The position numbers and the translations under genes were made by a program. This document shows, in pieces, positions 41,546-50,705 of a DNA stretch of 64,000 nt. The notes beneath the pieces were generated by a model. It ran no database searches and was not told the origin of the DNA. It saw nothing but the letters and a program-made list of their open reading frames with translations. Numbering within the stretch: position 1 is the first letter of the stretch; each line of letters begins with the position of its first letter. The stretch spans positions 10,339 through 74,338 of the forward strand of contig JALNZK010000003.1 of assembly GCA_023229365.1 (NCBI GenBank). Reading direction: 5' to 3'. The stretch is from Pseudomonadota bacterium. GTDB lineage: Bacteria; Myxococcota_A; Polyangia; JAAYKL01.

Positions 41546-41800
41546 TCAGAAATCTAACTCAGTAAAATACTTATCAAATTCTTCTTTGTTTATTAAATCA
41601 TCTCCCAAGGCACATTCTAAAATCCAATTCTTTACGAATTCTCCCTCGTATGTATGTTCTGGATATTCTTCATAACGTTCATCATACGCCCACAAGTATA
41701 ACATTAAACGGTCTAGAGGAATTACGGTAACAGTTGTTAGAGTCCCATTACTGATATTACCGTCGCCTATTAAACCGTTTAACATCTCTACCTCACCCAT
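41546..41800 (-). CDS. hypothetical protein (84 aa)
   Basis: ORF track; dominant strand. Confidence 0.45.
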   Translation of the reverse strand: MGEVEMLNGLIGDGNISNGTLTTVTVIPLDRLMLYLWAYDERYEEYPEHTYEGEFVKNWILECALGDDLINKEEFDKYFTELDF

Positions 41801-41991
41801 CCCACAGTCTTACTCGCTCGGACCTGCTCACTATCAGATAATTGAGACTTCTTAAGTTTCATTCTTTCCGCAAAATAATCTCCGACTTCTCCCTGAAACA
41901 AAACGGCTCCTATGGGAGCGAACCTCCACGCTCTAAGCATTTGCTCATAATTCATGGTATCAATTCGATTCTTTGTAGACTCGTCTATCAT
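41788..41991 (-). CDS. hypothetical protein (67 aa)
   Basis: ORF track; dominant strand. Confidence 0.45.
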   Translation of the reverse strand: MIDESTKNRIDTMNYEQMLRAWRFAPIGAVLFQGEVGDYFAERMKLKKSQLSDSEQVRASKTVGWVR

Positions 41992-41992
41992 T

Positions 41993-42349
41993 TTAAATCA
42001 CTCCCAATCTTTGCGCTTCACAATCCGCTGCGGCTTGTTCATTTCTTATTTGCCACTGGAGGCATTCTATCTCGTCGGAGACCAATGAATATTCCAGGTC
42101 TAAAGACCTCTTTTTAGCCTCCAAAGATTCAAGGGCAAGGACTTCAGCCAAGGTCTGATCGATTATATAAGCCTCTCTTTCCTTATCGTTGGTTCCCAAC
42201 TTCTTTTTGTCCGTCGTGTTAATAATACGTGCCCTTAACTTTTTAAGATCGGCTTGAGCAGTCAACACATCTTCGTTGATTTTGTGTAGAGATTTTTTTG
42301 TAGCGCCTTTCTTGGCGTATATTTCCTTTATTTCTTGGTTGGTTGGCAT
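41993..42349 (-). CDS. hypothetical coiled-coil protein (118 aa)
   Basis: ORF track; dominant strand. Confidence 0.5.
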   Translation of the reverse strand: MPTNQEIKEIYAKKGATKKSLHKINEDVLTAQADLKKLRARIINTTDKKKLGTNDKEREAYIIDQTLAEVLALESLEAKKRSLDLEYSLVSDEIECLQWQIRNEQAAADCEAQRLGVI

Positions 42350-42350
42350 A

Positions 42351-43070
42351 TTAATTACTCCTCTCGTAGTCTTTAAATCTTATCTTAGCTATCCTAGACC
42401 GATCCGCAGATCGGACAACAATTCCCTCTGGTCTCCCGCCACCACCATCATCTAACGCGGCCTGCGTCCTAGAAATCTTAGTCTTGAGCCAATCATAGGT
42501 ATCTACTAATCCAGTCGGAATCAAATCTTCACCGATTCTTGGAGTCACAGGAAGTCCTAGACTTTGTAATAGAAATTCATCATAAAATTTCTGCCCTCCG
42601 TTATCTCTCCAAGATGCAATTTTTTCTACAGGCATCTCAAGAATTTCGTCTGAGTTTGCAATCATGGCAACATCAAATAGTCGAGCACCCAACAATCCAG
42701 TTCCGGTATATTGTTTCCCATTTTTAGTTGTTTTTCCCCCGTATACTTCAAAATAGAATATAGTAACCCAAAGACGAGGGGCTAATCTCTCCGCAATTGG
42801 CTTCAAAGTCTCCACTATTCCTAATTGTGGATTCCCTATAAGATCACCTTTAGCATACAACAATTCTTCCCTACTACCAATAATGTATAATCCGTCGGGG
42901 AATATAATAATTCTTCCGTTTACCCCATCTATCTTTTCCGTGAGAATTGCTGTCGCGCCATCAAACGGAACCTGCACTTCATCAAGTAGTCTTCCACGAT
43001 CCTCACCTATTTTATGATAAGTGAGGATGGAAGGATACTTGGTCATGGAATTTACTTTGGAAAGGTCCAT
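42351..43070 (-). CDS. ATP-dependent RNA ligase-like nucleotidyltransferase
   Basis: KxDG motif LTEKIDGVNGR, FEVYGG, LFDV, PEGIVVRS, AKIRFKDY. Confidence 0.65.
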   Translation of the reverse strand: MDLSKVNSMTKYPSILTYHKIGEDRGRLLDEVQVPFDGATAILTEKIDGVNGRIIIFPDGLYIIGSREELLYAKGDLIGNPQLGIVETLKPIAERLAPRLWVTIFYFEVYGGKTTKNGKQYTGTGLLGARLFDVAMIANSDEILEMPVEKIASWRDNGGQKFYDEFLLQSLGLPVTPRIGEDLIPTGLVDTYDWLKTKISRTQAALDDGGGGRPEGIVVRSADRSRIAKIRFKDYERSN

Positions 43071-43073
43071 GTT

Positions 43074-43280
43074 TTAAATCTCCTTCGCACACGCTTCCAA
43101 TTTCACAATGTCGAGACCCGAAAGAATTGTGGCACTATGGGTATAATTATGGCAGTGAGGACAATGTATTTTAAAATATTTAATCTCTACGTCTGTGGTT
43201 GGTTTCTCACTCGTATATTTAATAATTTCAATGTCAGGCGATCTACAAGCCTGACAGACAAGAACTATTCTGGCGTACAT
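43074..43280 (-). CDS. small zinc-ribbon protein (68 aa)
   Basis: CQACRS ... CPHCHN. Confidence 0.5.
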   Translation of the reverse strand: MYARIVLVCQACRSPDIEIIKYTSEKPTTDVEIKYFKIHCPHCHNYTHSATILSGLDIVKLEACAKEI

Positions 43281-43285
43281 TTAAG

Positions 43286-43606
43286 TTACCTCCAAATTTG
43301 CCACCATTTCTTCGCGGGTTTGGGTTCGAACCAAAGACCTTCTTTTCCGCAAATATCTACGCCCGGAACGTGGTACCCATAATCTAGTCCCACGCGCAGA
43401 GATCTGCAATATTCGGAAAGTTTTGATTGTTTGCATTTTCGTCCTGACTTCCCAGAAACATAACAAGATTCGGGGATCTCTTTATACTCTCCTTCGTTAT
43501 AAAAAACTTTTGGGTTAGAACACTTGTCTAACGAACCATAGTTATAACTATTCGGTTTATCCCATCTACAATCTCTACAAATTCTATCGACTTTAGGACA
43601 GGTCAT
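43286..43606 (-). CDS. Cys-rich small protein (CRDCRW ... CGKEGLWFEPK family)
   Basis: Paralog of 20272..20496. Confidence 0.5.
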   Translation of the reverse strand: MTCPKVDRICRDCRWDKPNSYNYGSLDKCSNPKVFYNEGEYKEIPESCYVSGKSGRKCKQSKLSEYCRSLRVGLDYGYHVPGVDICGKEGLWFEPKPAKKWWQIWR

Positions 43607-43612
43607 TTGAGA

Positions 43613-44578
43613 TCAACTCTCGTTAGGATTATAGACACAATCTATTGCATTCTTATCCGACCTAAATCTCAAGAAGCGCGGATGTCTAAAGCGCCCTGTT
43701 GGAAATCTGTCATTCGCCTTTATTTCGATAACCTTTCCCAGATACCTCTCTTTATTGTTACTGATCTCTTCCCTAAGAGCGTCGTCCATTCCCGAGCAAG
43801 TGCCAAATTCTATTAGTTTTTCGTCGTAAAACTGCCCAAATTTAATGGCCCCAATCCAACCATTATCGTATAATCTAGATGTTGATTCCTCCCCGGAAGA
43901 TTTCTTTGTAATCTTGGTTGGATCTTCAAAACCCATTATGACGCAATCATGCGTGGCCTCTTTTTTAATTTTAATCCAATCCTTCGCATATGGAGATTTG
44001 GTATTTTTCAAAATTATACCCTCTCCTCCATTAGCCACGATTGTATTAAAATATTCTTCCTTGTCTTCGGTGATCGCCGGAACTATACTAAAGTGTTTAC
44101 TCTCGGCGGCAGAGAAATTGTCCACCAAGACACTTCTCCTTTCTTCATATGAACGGTCTCGTAGATCTTGACCCTTGAAATATAAAATGTCGAATACTCG
44201 GTAATCTACCCAGATATTCTCATTTTGAAGTCTTATAGCCTTTTCTGGGAGGGCTCCCATAATTTTTGACACGCGAGTACTTTGACTTTGATCTCCAACT
44301 ACAATTTCGCCATCCAAAACCGTTCCTTCAAACTCTATATCCATCCCGTTACTCGTAAACAAATCTCTTAAATGCGGGACATTTTCAGTTTTTTCCACAA
44401 AAAGGTTATTTTTCACGGAAATATGTCTACTTGTGAACCTGTTTTTACCAATTCCGCAATGTAAAAGGAACCTTTCTCCGTCGAGCTTTTCCTCTCCTAC
44501 AAATAAATTGGATTTTAACATCTTCTCATTAAATTTACCCCTAGCTTTTCCAGGAGTTAGTTGCTGCAATGGTTCCAT
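43613..44578 (-). CDS. lig: ATP-dependent DNA ligase
   Basis: Motif I EEKLDGER, III VLDGEIV, IIIa YRVFDILY, IV GEGIILK, V DWIKIKK, plus an OB-like C-terminal domain ending RFLRFRSDK. Confidence 0.85.
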   Translation of the reverse strand: MEPLQQLTPGKARGKFNEKMLKSNLFVGEEKLDGERFLLHCGIGKNRFTSRHISVKNNLFVEKTENVPHLRDLFTSNGMDIEFEGTVLDGEIVVGDQSQSTRVSKIMGALPEKAIRLQNENIWVDYRVFDILYFKGQDLRDRSYEERRSVLVDNFSAAESKHFSIVPAITEDKEEYFNTIVANGGEGIILKNTKSPYAKDWIKIKKEATHDCVIMGFEDPTKITKKSSGEESTSRLYDNGWIGAIKFGQFYDEKLIEFGTCSGMDDALREEISNNKERYLGKVIEIKANDRFPTGRFRHPRFLRFRSDKNAIDCVYNPNES

Positions 44579-44610
44579 ATTCGTCTCCTCTACTCACATA
44601 TCTACCTTGC

Positions 44611-44621
44611 TACTATTTATA
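44611..44621 (-). promoter_or_regulatory. TATAAATAGTA promoter box
   Basis: Intergenic, 32 nt upstream of the ligase ATG 44578. Confidence 0.5.
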
Positions 44622-44627
44622 CTTATC

Positions 44628-45011
44628 CTAGTTTAAATGCGCCTTACTCTTCAAAAATTCCCACCTAAAAATTGAGTCTCCGATTACGGGTTCTGGACTC
44701 CACCCAAGGAATTCCCTAGCCTTTTTAATGGTTCTCATATTATTAAAAACGGCCCTTTCAAGATACTCAATTTCCGACTCGGAAGAGTCCTCACCCGTAT
44801 CTTCGTCACTACAGGAAATTATTCCATCTTCTATTCCTGTCTTCAGATCCCTTTGAAAAGCGACTTTAGACTCTATCTCTTTCACTAATTGAGGAAGATC
44901 TTCTTGAGATTCCAAGAAATTATCTATGTTGGTAATCTCAAATTCCTTTTCAAGTCCAGTTTCATCGTGAGTATAAATAAAATAGTTACTTTCGTCCACA
45001 GTAGCACCCAT
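44628..45011 (-). CDS. hypothetical acidic protein (127 aa)
   Basis: ORF track; dominant strand. Confidence 0.5.
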   Translation of the reverse strand: MGATVDESNYFIYTHDETGLEKEFEITNIDNFLESQEDLPQLVKEIESKVAFQRDLKTGIEDGIISCSDEDTGEDSSESEIEYLERAVFNNMRTIKKAREFLGWSPEPVIGDSIFRWEFLKSKAHLN

Positions 45012-45204
45012 CTTTTGTGATCTCTCGCGGAACTATACACCCATCCATAATCTTTCTTATTCTCCCAATAAGAATGGGAGGATTATGATCCGTACAATAA
45101 AAATCTTCCCCAACCATTGGGACCCGCTCGGTCAAAAGATCTATACAGCCCCAACAGGGACGACCCGTGGGGATTATAGTTACACCACATTTGATGTCGG
45201 ACAT
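44986..45204 (-). CDS. hypothetical Cys-rich protein (72 aa)
   Basis: ORF track; dominant strand. Confidence 0.45.
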   Translation of the reverse strand: MSDIKCGVTIIPTGRPCWGCIDLLTERVPMVGEDFYCTDHNPPILIGRIRKIMDGCIVPREITKDGCYCGRK

Positions 45205-45225
45205 AAAAAAATGATGGGTAGGTTT

Positions 45226-46149
45226 TCACCTACCCAAAGGAACTATCTTCTCCGATCCTGTCAGATCCGATACAAGGGTGGTTACGTTGGTACCCTGCGG
45301 GACTATTATCTTGGAGTTACTCTTAAAGATCACTTCTCCAACTTCCAATTGTTTTAACGTTACTGAAGGTCCCGTAAAAGTTTCATTTGCGGCGGCGTTT
45401 ACGGTTCGAATCGCTTCTGCTTTAGCCGTAGCGTTCACCGTAATAGCATTTGCATTAGCTTCTGCGGCAATCGTAACCGACTTAGCCAATCCCTCTGCCT
45501 CTTTAATAGCGGCCCTCTTTTTACCATCCGCCTGAGTCTCAACTGCGGTAGCAAAATCAATCGCGGCCCTCTTCTCTGACTCGGCCTTAACAATCTCATT
45601 CATGGCCTTTTGAACATCTGCGGGTGCGTCAATCTCAGCGATTTCGGTACGAACCACGTCAATACCCCAACTAGAGGTCTCTGATGCAATGGTATCCTTA
45701 AGGCTTGTATTAAGTCCCGCCCTCTTACTGTTTGCGTCCCTCAGAGTTAGTCCTCCTACTACATTTCTAAGAGTTGTCTGAGCTAGAGAAACTATCTGAA
45801 CAGCGATGTTGTCTACATTATACTGAGAATTTTTAACACTCTGTTCATCCCCCTTGATTCTGTAATATACCTGTGCAGATACACCCGCATTAAGATTATC
45901 TCCAGTGATTACTTCCTGGCGCTGACAAGTAACCATCTTCTCGGTTACATTTACGAGTCGGATTCTCTCAATTATCGGGATACAGATAGCGAGACCAGAA
46001 TCAACGTATCTATTAAACCTTCCTGCTCTCTCAATGAGCGCTCTATGTGTTGGTCTCACAAACTTTACACTACTAGACATTATAGCCGCGAATATTCCTG
46101 TAAGGAATACGAGAACGACTACCCAAAGTAGTACTTCAAATATTTCCAT
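45226..46149 (-). CDS. SPFH/band-7 (stomatin/prohibitin-like) membrane protein
   Basis: N-terminal TM helix, then a band-7 core (HRALIERAGRF..., AQVYYRI) and an Ala-rich coiled-coil tail. Confidence 0.75.
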   Translation of the reverse strand: MEIFEVLLWVVVLVFLTGIFAAIMSSSVKFVRPTHRALIERAGRFNRYVDSGLAICIPIIERIRLVNVTEKMVTCQRQEVITGDNLNAGVSAQVYYRIKGDEQSVKNSQYNVDNIAVQIVSLAQTTLRNVVGGLTLRDANSKRAGLNTSLKDTIASETSSWGIDVVRTEIAEIDAPADVQKAMNEIVKAESEKRAAIDFATAVETQADGKKRAAIKEAEGLAKSVTIAAEANANAITVNATAKAEAIRTVNAAANETFTGPSVTLKQLEVGEVIFKSNSKIIVPQGTNVTTLVSDLTGSEKIVPLGR

Positions 46150-46187
46150 GTTGAATCTCCTCTAAACAAATTCCCATTACACTTTAA

Positions 46188-46198
46188 TACTATTTAAT
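46188..46198 (-). promoter_or_regulatory. ATTAAATAGTA promoter box
   Basis: Overlaps the upstream stop codon; 38 nt before ATG 46149, with an SD in between. Confidence 0.5.
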
Positions 46199-46877
46199 CC
46201 TTCCGCAGGTATTTTTTTGGAATACCCTCACCCTGGTATTGTCCGTTATAAACACTATCAGTCGGAGTTCCTTCAAAGAATATCATCTGTCCAAATGAAT
46301 CTCCCGGTTTAATTTGAAGGGGAACCTCAGAAGTTCTTACGAACACAACCCCAGATCCCTTATATCCCGCGTCCCACCATGCAGAGTGGACCGAAATACC
46401 TCTGCGCGAGAGGGAAGACTTGGGAAGGACAAGGGCGTTAATCGTGGGGACTTTTAAAGATTGTTTCCCTAAGAACAAACTCAGAGTATCCGCCACGAGC
46501 TTTTGTTCTGGGTCACAGTCGGCACCATTAAATCGCTGTAACGGGTCATAGGTCTTCTTCGACAGATCTACCGTCTCCATCAACTTGAAAAGAACGGAGG
46601 ACTCTGGAGGTATCCAGTAATAGAGAAGATTTCCGGCGTCATTCCAAACCTGAGCTATACAGGTTTGTCTAAAAGATTTCTCATAATACCGAACCGGCTC
46701 CACATAATCCTCTTCCTTAATCTTTTGGCCCCAAGGCTTATTCACACATCTATAAACCTTATCTAGTCTCACATCCCATCCCTGAGCTTGCATGTTCGAT
46801 TCTTCCGCATTTAGAAGAAGATTATACTTTTTAATATCTTGTCCACTAAGAATCATAGCATCTCCATTTGATTCCAT
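46194..46877 (-). CDS. dcd: dCTP deaminase/dUTPase-fold protein
   Basis: SRRGISVHSAWWDAGYKGSGVVFVRT, IKPGDSFGQMIFFE, YNGQYQGE. Confidence 0.65.
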   Translation of the reverse strand: MESNGDAMILSGQDIKKYNLLLNAEESNMQAQGWDVRLDKVYRCVNKPWGQKIKEEDYVEPVRYYEKSFRQTCIAQVWNDAGNLLYYWIPPESSVLFKLMETVDLSKKTYDPLQRFNGADCDPEQKLVADTLSLFLGKQSLKVPTINALVLPKSSLSRRGISVHSAWWDAGYKGSGVVFVRTSEVPLQIKPGDSFGQMIFFEGTPTDSVYNGQYQGEGIPKKYLRKD

Positions 46878-47212
46878 AAATTTGAGGCCAATCGGTGTCC
46901 TACGTGGTCAGCTATATCCTTTCTCTTTTCAATATCTAGAAGATCCGAGAACGGAACCATGTCGGGATGAGTTTTCCTTTCGAAGTCTTTTACGGGGCCA
47001 TAAACCCATCCCTGTGATGCTTTCATTTTCATCCAATTGTCATGATTTTGTTCTGGTGTCATGTCTGAATGTTCATCAGCATACTTGATGCCATCCAAAA
47101 GGCTCTTAATTTGGTCTCCGTTGGCTACCTCGTTATATTGTTGTCCCGCCGCAATTTGATAATAAACCCACCCAATGTGCCGAACTGCCGCGATAAACTT
47201 TTCGCGATTCAT
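46853..47212 (-). CDS. RyR-domain protein
   Basis: HDNWMKMKASQGWVYGPVKDFERKTHPDMVPFSDL...EKRKD matches the ryanodine-receptor RyR repeat pattern seen in phages. Confidence 0.6.
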   Translation of the reverse strand: MNREKFIAAVRHIGWVYYQIAAGQQYNEVANGDQIKSLLDGIKYADEHSDMTPEQNHDNWMKMKASQGWVYGPVKDFERKTHPDMVPFSDLLDIEKRKDIADHVGHRLASNLWNQMEML

Positions 47213-47214
47213 CT

Positions 47215-47409
47215 TTACTCCACCTCCATAAACAATTTCAGTCCCTCGATCAACTTTGGTATATCTGATTTAGGAACGTAATACTCGGCTTCGGTTCCCT
47301 CTAGAGTGTCGATATCGCGAATAATTACGCTATCTCCATCCTCTACAATTTCTATTCCAACCATATCTTCAGTTTCTTCCGAAACTACAAAATTATCTCT
47401 CGTCAACAA
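47215..47409 (-). CDS. hypothetical acidic protein (64 aa)
   Basis: ORF track; dominant strand. Confidence 0.45.
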   Translation of the reverse strand: MLTRDNFVVSEETEDMVGIEIVEDGDSVIIRDIDTLEGTEAEYYVPKSDIPKLIEGLKLFMEVE

Positions 47410-47858
47410 AAATCAACTCCTATAGAACTATAAAATCTTATGGGACACTCTTCAAGAATTTGCTTAAATTCCTCAATAGTAAATCTCCTCCCATATTCAT
47501 CTTTTACAACCTTTATTCTCTTCAACTCAGATTCGGGGATCGCCCAAGAAAACGAGGAACAAGATGAGACACCCGTCTTCTTTCCGTAGGGTTCACTATT
47601 AAATCCCAATTCCCTTCCTACCGCGGAACTATTTAAGTCTTCCTCTCTTGGAAGATCACCACAAATGGGACATTTATCGTACCACTCTCTTTTGTGCGCT
47701 TCTTGATCAAATGGATTTGCTCTGGAACTATTGACAAGAGATTCTCCACCAATTCTTAATGATTTCATACATGTCCAGCAAAAGAGCCCGCTAGCTGATT
47801 TCTTCCCAAGATGTTTTCTCTTTGCGCGGCTTCCTAATGTGTAGTAATTAGTTCCCAT
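47403..47858 (-). CDS. hypothetical protein (151 aa; MGTNYY... family common in phages)
   Basis: ORF track; N-terminus MGTNYYTLG...HLGKKSASG; CPICG. Confidence 0.5.
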   Translation of the reverse strand: MGTNYYTLGSRAKRKHLGKKSASGLFCWTCMKSLRIGGESLVNSSRANPFDQEAHKREWYDKCPICGDLPREEDLNSSAVGRELGFNSEPYGKKTGVSSCSSFSWAIPESELKRIKVVKDEYGRRFTIEEFKQILEECPIRFYSSIGVDFC

Positions 47859-47860
47859 CT

Positions 47861-48244
47861 TTACTCATACTCCAGCGCTTCTAGCAACTCCCGAGATCTT
47901 AAAATTATCGATTCAATAGAGTCCCAAAGACGACTTTCAAAGCTTTTGTTTATGACCGCTTTAATCTCAGGCGACCTTGGTTCGTGATTAATTTCAAGCC
48001 GTACATGTGTGGTCTGGTCTTCTAAAACAAGAAAATGGCCCAAAACCTTTTCATGAACACAATCTCTTTCTCTGACTATAAGAACCCAACCTTTGAGATC
48101 GTAATAGATATCTTCGGGTCCAGGTTTTAACTCTAGAGAAGCAATAAAATTTATACCCTTCGAGATATAAAGGGTATCATTAAATTTTTTAAAGTCACTC
48201 ATCATTTCGTCTCTCACTCCCACGGTAATCTCGGAGATTTCCAA
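47861..48244 (-). CDS. hypothetical protein (start uncertain; alternative ATG 48205)
   Basis: ORF track; dominant strand. Confidence 0.45.
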   Translation of the reverse strand: MEISEITVGVRDEMMSDFKKFNDTLYISKGINFIASLELKPGPEDIYYDLKGWVLIVRERDCVHEKVLGHFLVLEDQTTHVRLEINHEPRSPEIKAVINKSFESRLWDSIESIILRSRELLEALEYE

Positions 48245-49134
48245 TTAAATCCCGCGGCCTTCTGATGTCCATTTCCCTTGTATTTCTTCGCTAGAACCGA
48301 TAGGTCTATGTCATCTCTGACGGTCCTCAAGCTTACCTCCCAAGATTCTCCTTTTATATTTGCGTAATTAATAGCGATGTCGCAACCATCAAATTCTTTG
48401 CTTCGGGTCATATAGTTAGCAATATACGGATCGCTATTAACTACGAGACAGGTATAGCCTTCCCAGTCGATTTTATAGGATCTATCTGTGAGGGTGGATT
48501 TGAAGCGGTCTTCGACGTAAGACCGGACTATTTTACCGTCACTAGATATGGATTTGACAACGGAGAACTGGTCGTTTTCATTAAATTTGTTAGTATTAAA
48601 CCAATTCGCCCAAAATATTATATCATCTTTAGGATCTCTTGATTGAGCTTTAAATCCGTACTGGAACGCCTCGATAAAGGCCCAATCAAATTCTTTGTCA
48701 TCGTGCCGCCATACATCATAGCAACTCAATAATCTAATAAACATTGGGGTTTTTGATCCAAACAAATACCACCACGTCAACTCACAGGCTGCGACTCCCG
48801 ATTGCCGATACCCTTTAATCCATACTCCGTTGTGAGCAGTCTCTTTCTTCTCCATTTCGTCAATTATGCCCTTATGATGGTCTATCCAGAAGAAGTTTTG
48901 ACTCGCTTTATTCTCTTTTAACCCCAAATACCTTGCGAGTTTTTCCATGTCATCAACGGACAAACTAAAATCCACCATATAAACTACATCATCGGTTTTT
49001 ATCTCATCCCACGGAAATTTATCTCCATAATTAATCGGAAACATCTTCGCTTCTGGAAATTTATGTTTTACAATCGAACCACTGGCCCAACCATCGAGGT
49101 CTTTGCCGTGGTAGAATACTTTTATGTTAGACAT
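48214..49134 (-). CDS. DHH/DHHA1-family phosphoesterase (NrnA-like)
   Basis: YHGKDLDG, WIDHHKG (DHH), and C-terminal GNGHQKAAGF (GGGH-type DHHA1 motif). Confidence 0.65.
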   Translation of the reverse strand: MSNIKVFYHGKDLDGWASGSIVKHKFPEAKMFPINYGDKFPWDEIKTDDVVYMVDFSLSVDDMEKLARYLGLKENKASQNFFWIDHHKGIIDEMEKKETAHNGVWIKGYRQSGVAACELTWWYLFGSKTPMFIRLLSCYDVWRHDDKEFDWAFIEAFQYGFKAQSRDPKDDIIFWANWFNTNKFNENDQFSVVKSISSDGKIVRSYVEDRFKSTLTDRSYKIDWEGYTCLVVNSDPYIANYMTRSKEFDGCDIAINYANIKGESWEVSLRTVRDDIDLSVLAKKYKGNGHQKAAGFNWKSPRLPWE

Positions 49135-49469
49135 TTCTTCTCCTCTCTAATCTTATCTTCCAGAATTTTCTGGATTTTCCGCTCAGACTCATAAAAGTTA
49201 GTTTCTCTGTTTTTTAGAGCGTCCATCTCATCGTATAACGACATCAACTTCTTAAATTCTTTTGGTGGATTCGCAATGCATTTATTGCAGAATTGGTTAC
49301 CACTACTGGAAATATGTAATTCAGCAGTCCTTTCCGTAAAATGATCTTTCTTACATTCATAACAAGCGTGAGCACCACATATAGGACATTCTCCATAAGT
49401 TTCCTTATTCTCATCTTCACAATAATCACAAACATTTCTTTCTTCTGTTATAGTTACCACTTTCTTCAT
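49122..49469 (-). CDS. zinc-ribbon protein (115 aa)
   Basis: CDYC..CPICGAHACYEC..CNKC. Confidence 0.5.
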   Translation of the reverse strand: MKKVVTITEERNVCDYCEDENKETYGECPICGAHACYECKKDHFTERTAELHISSSGNQFCNKCIANPPKEFKKLMSLYDEMDALKNRETNFYESERKIQKILEDKIREEKKCLT

Positions 49470-49909
49470 TTCCTATCCACCACCATAATCTCTCTATTCA
49501 GTCTCTGTCCCTCTACTTCCCTCGTCTTGAAAAATCGATCTTGTTCTCTTTTAAATTCCAAAAATTCCCTACTTGGAACCACCTTATCAAGAATTCCGTT
49601 AGTTTCCATAATGGTTTTACTCTGTGAATTATAATGTTTTGATCTTCCGGGCAGCACATTGTCGCCATTAGTTCCTTTCAATATATAACGACACCCTGAT
49701 CTGGAAATAATTTTTGCATCTCCAAACCCATATCCAATCTTGAGTACTTCCCTTCGAACTATTCTCCCTTTATGGAGTCTGACGATATGAATCTTTTCTC
49801 CATTATCAATCACATCAACTATTCCTGCATTAAATACCTTCCCATTTCCTAGCGCGATTTTCACGGTATTCTCTTCCTTTGTGGCTTCTTTCGGGGTATA
49901 GTTGCACAT
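49466..49909 (-). CDS. hypothetical protein (147 aa)
   Basis: ORF track; promoter box 49943-49953 upstream. Confidence 0.5.
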   Translation of the reverse strand: MCNYTPKEATKEENTVKIALGNGKVFNAGIVDVIDNGEKIHIVRLHKGRIVRREVLKIGYGFGDAKIISRSGCRYILKGTNGDNVLPGRSKHYNSQSKTIMETNGILDKVVPSREFLEFKREQDRFFKTREVEGQRLNREIMVVDRK

Positions 49910-49942
49910 GACAATTCTCCTCTATCATATAGGTGGGTGTAC

Positions 49943-49953
49943 TACTATTTATA
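49943..49953 (-). promoter_or_regulatory. TATAAATAGTA promoter box
   Basis: Overlaps the upstream stop; 33 nt before ATG 49909. Confidence 0.5.
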
Positions 49954-50182
49954 CTTTACGTATGATCTTAGATATCCCGATCATCAAAAAGCCGATACTC
50001 ACCATGAGTATCATCACTGGCCCCATAAGATCTATATTTGTAAAATCTCGCATGGGATATACAAAGTTTGGGGTATAAAAATCAACAATTCCCAAATAAG
50101 CGGCGTATATCATCTCCATAATTGCAATAAGTGCAGAAAACAATATTAATCCGAATCCGACTGAGCCGATGTATCGCGTCAT
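49949..50182 (-). CDS. small membrane protein (77 aa)
   Basis: Three hydrophobic helices. Confidence 0.5.
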   Translation of the reverse strand: MTRYIGSVGFGLILFSALIAIMEMIYAAYLGIVDFYTPNFVYPMRDFTNIDLMGPVMILMVSIGFLMIGISKIIRKV

Positions 50183-50541
50183 GTGGCCTCTTTTGCATTA
50201 ATGTAGGCTATGAGAAGGGCCTGGGCGGGCGTATCTCCATGCGCCCGAAACATATCATATGGCCGATATACATTCGCTCTGATCTCATCTCGGAAGGCCT
50301 CGACTGAATAGCTCCAAGTGTCGGTCGTCTTTTCTGTGTTGGGATCGATTTGGCTGCTTATCGCTCTCTGCAATTCTCCCTGTAAGCTGTCCAAGACGCA
50401 TTCGCCCATGTGGATATCTTGCGGCGACCCTTCCAGACTGCATACATCTTCCCAACATATGGTACGGATACCGATCTTATCATTGATCTTATTCCATGTG
50501 GCGGGATCGCATTTTTGCAAGCGGACGAGCAATTCCTTCAT
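50179..50541 (-). CDS. hypothetical protein (120 aa)
   Basis: ORF track; 4-nt overlap downstream. Confidence 0.5.
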   Translation of the reverse strand: MKELLVRLQKCDPATWNKINDKIGIRTICWEDVCSLEGSPQDIHMGECVLDSLQGELQRAISSQIDPNTEKTTDTWSYSVEAFRDEIRANVYRPYDMFRAHGDTPAQALLIAYINAKEAT

Positions 50542-50557
50542 AGATCATCACATCCTT

Positions 50558-50704
50558 TTATTTTAAAAAATGCTGAAATACATCCGTCGGGGCCTTCCAA
50601 ATATACAAATTGATCATCTTCATCAATTTTCTTGGAGCCGTCCGGTCGAGTGCATATATATCATATAAACATTTATTTATCTCACATAATAGATCTTTGT
50701 TCAT
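50558..50704 (-). CDS. small protein (48 aa)
   Basis: ATG 50704 lies directly after the upstream stop. The ORF track start is 50755. Confidence 0.35.
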   Translation of the reverse strand: MNKDLLCEINKCLYDIYALDRTAPRKLMKMINLYIWKAPTDVFQHFLK

Positions 50705-50705
50705 G

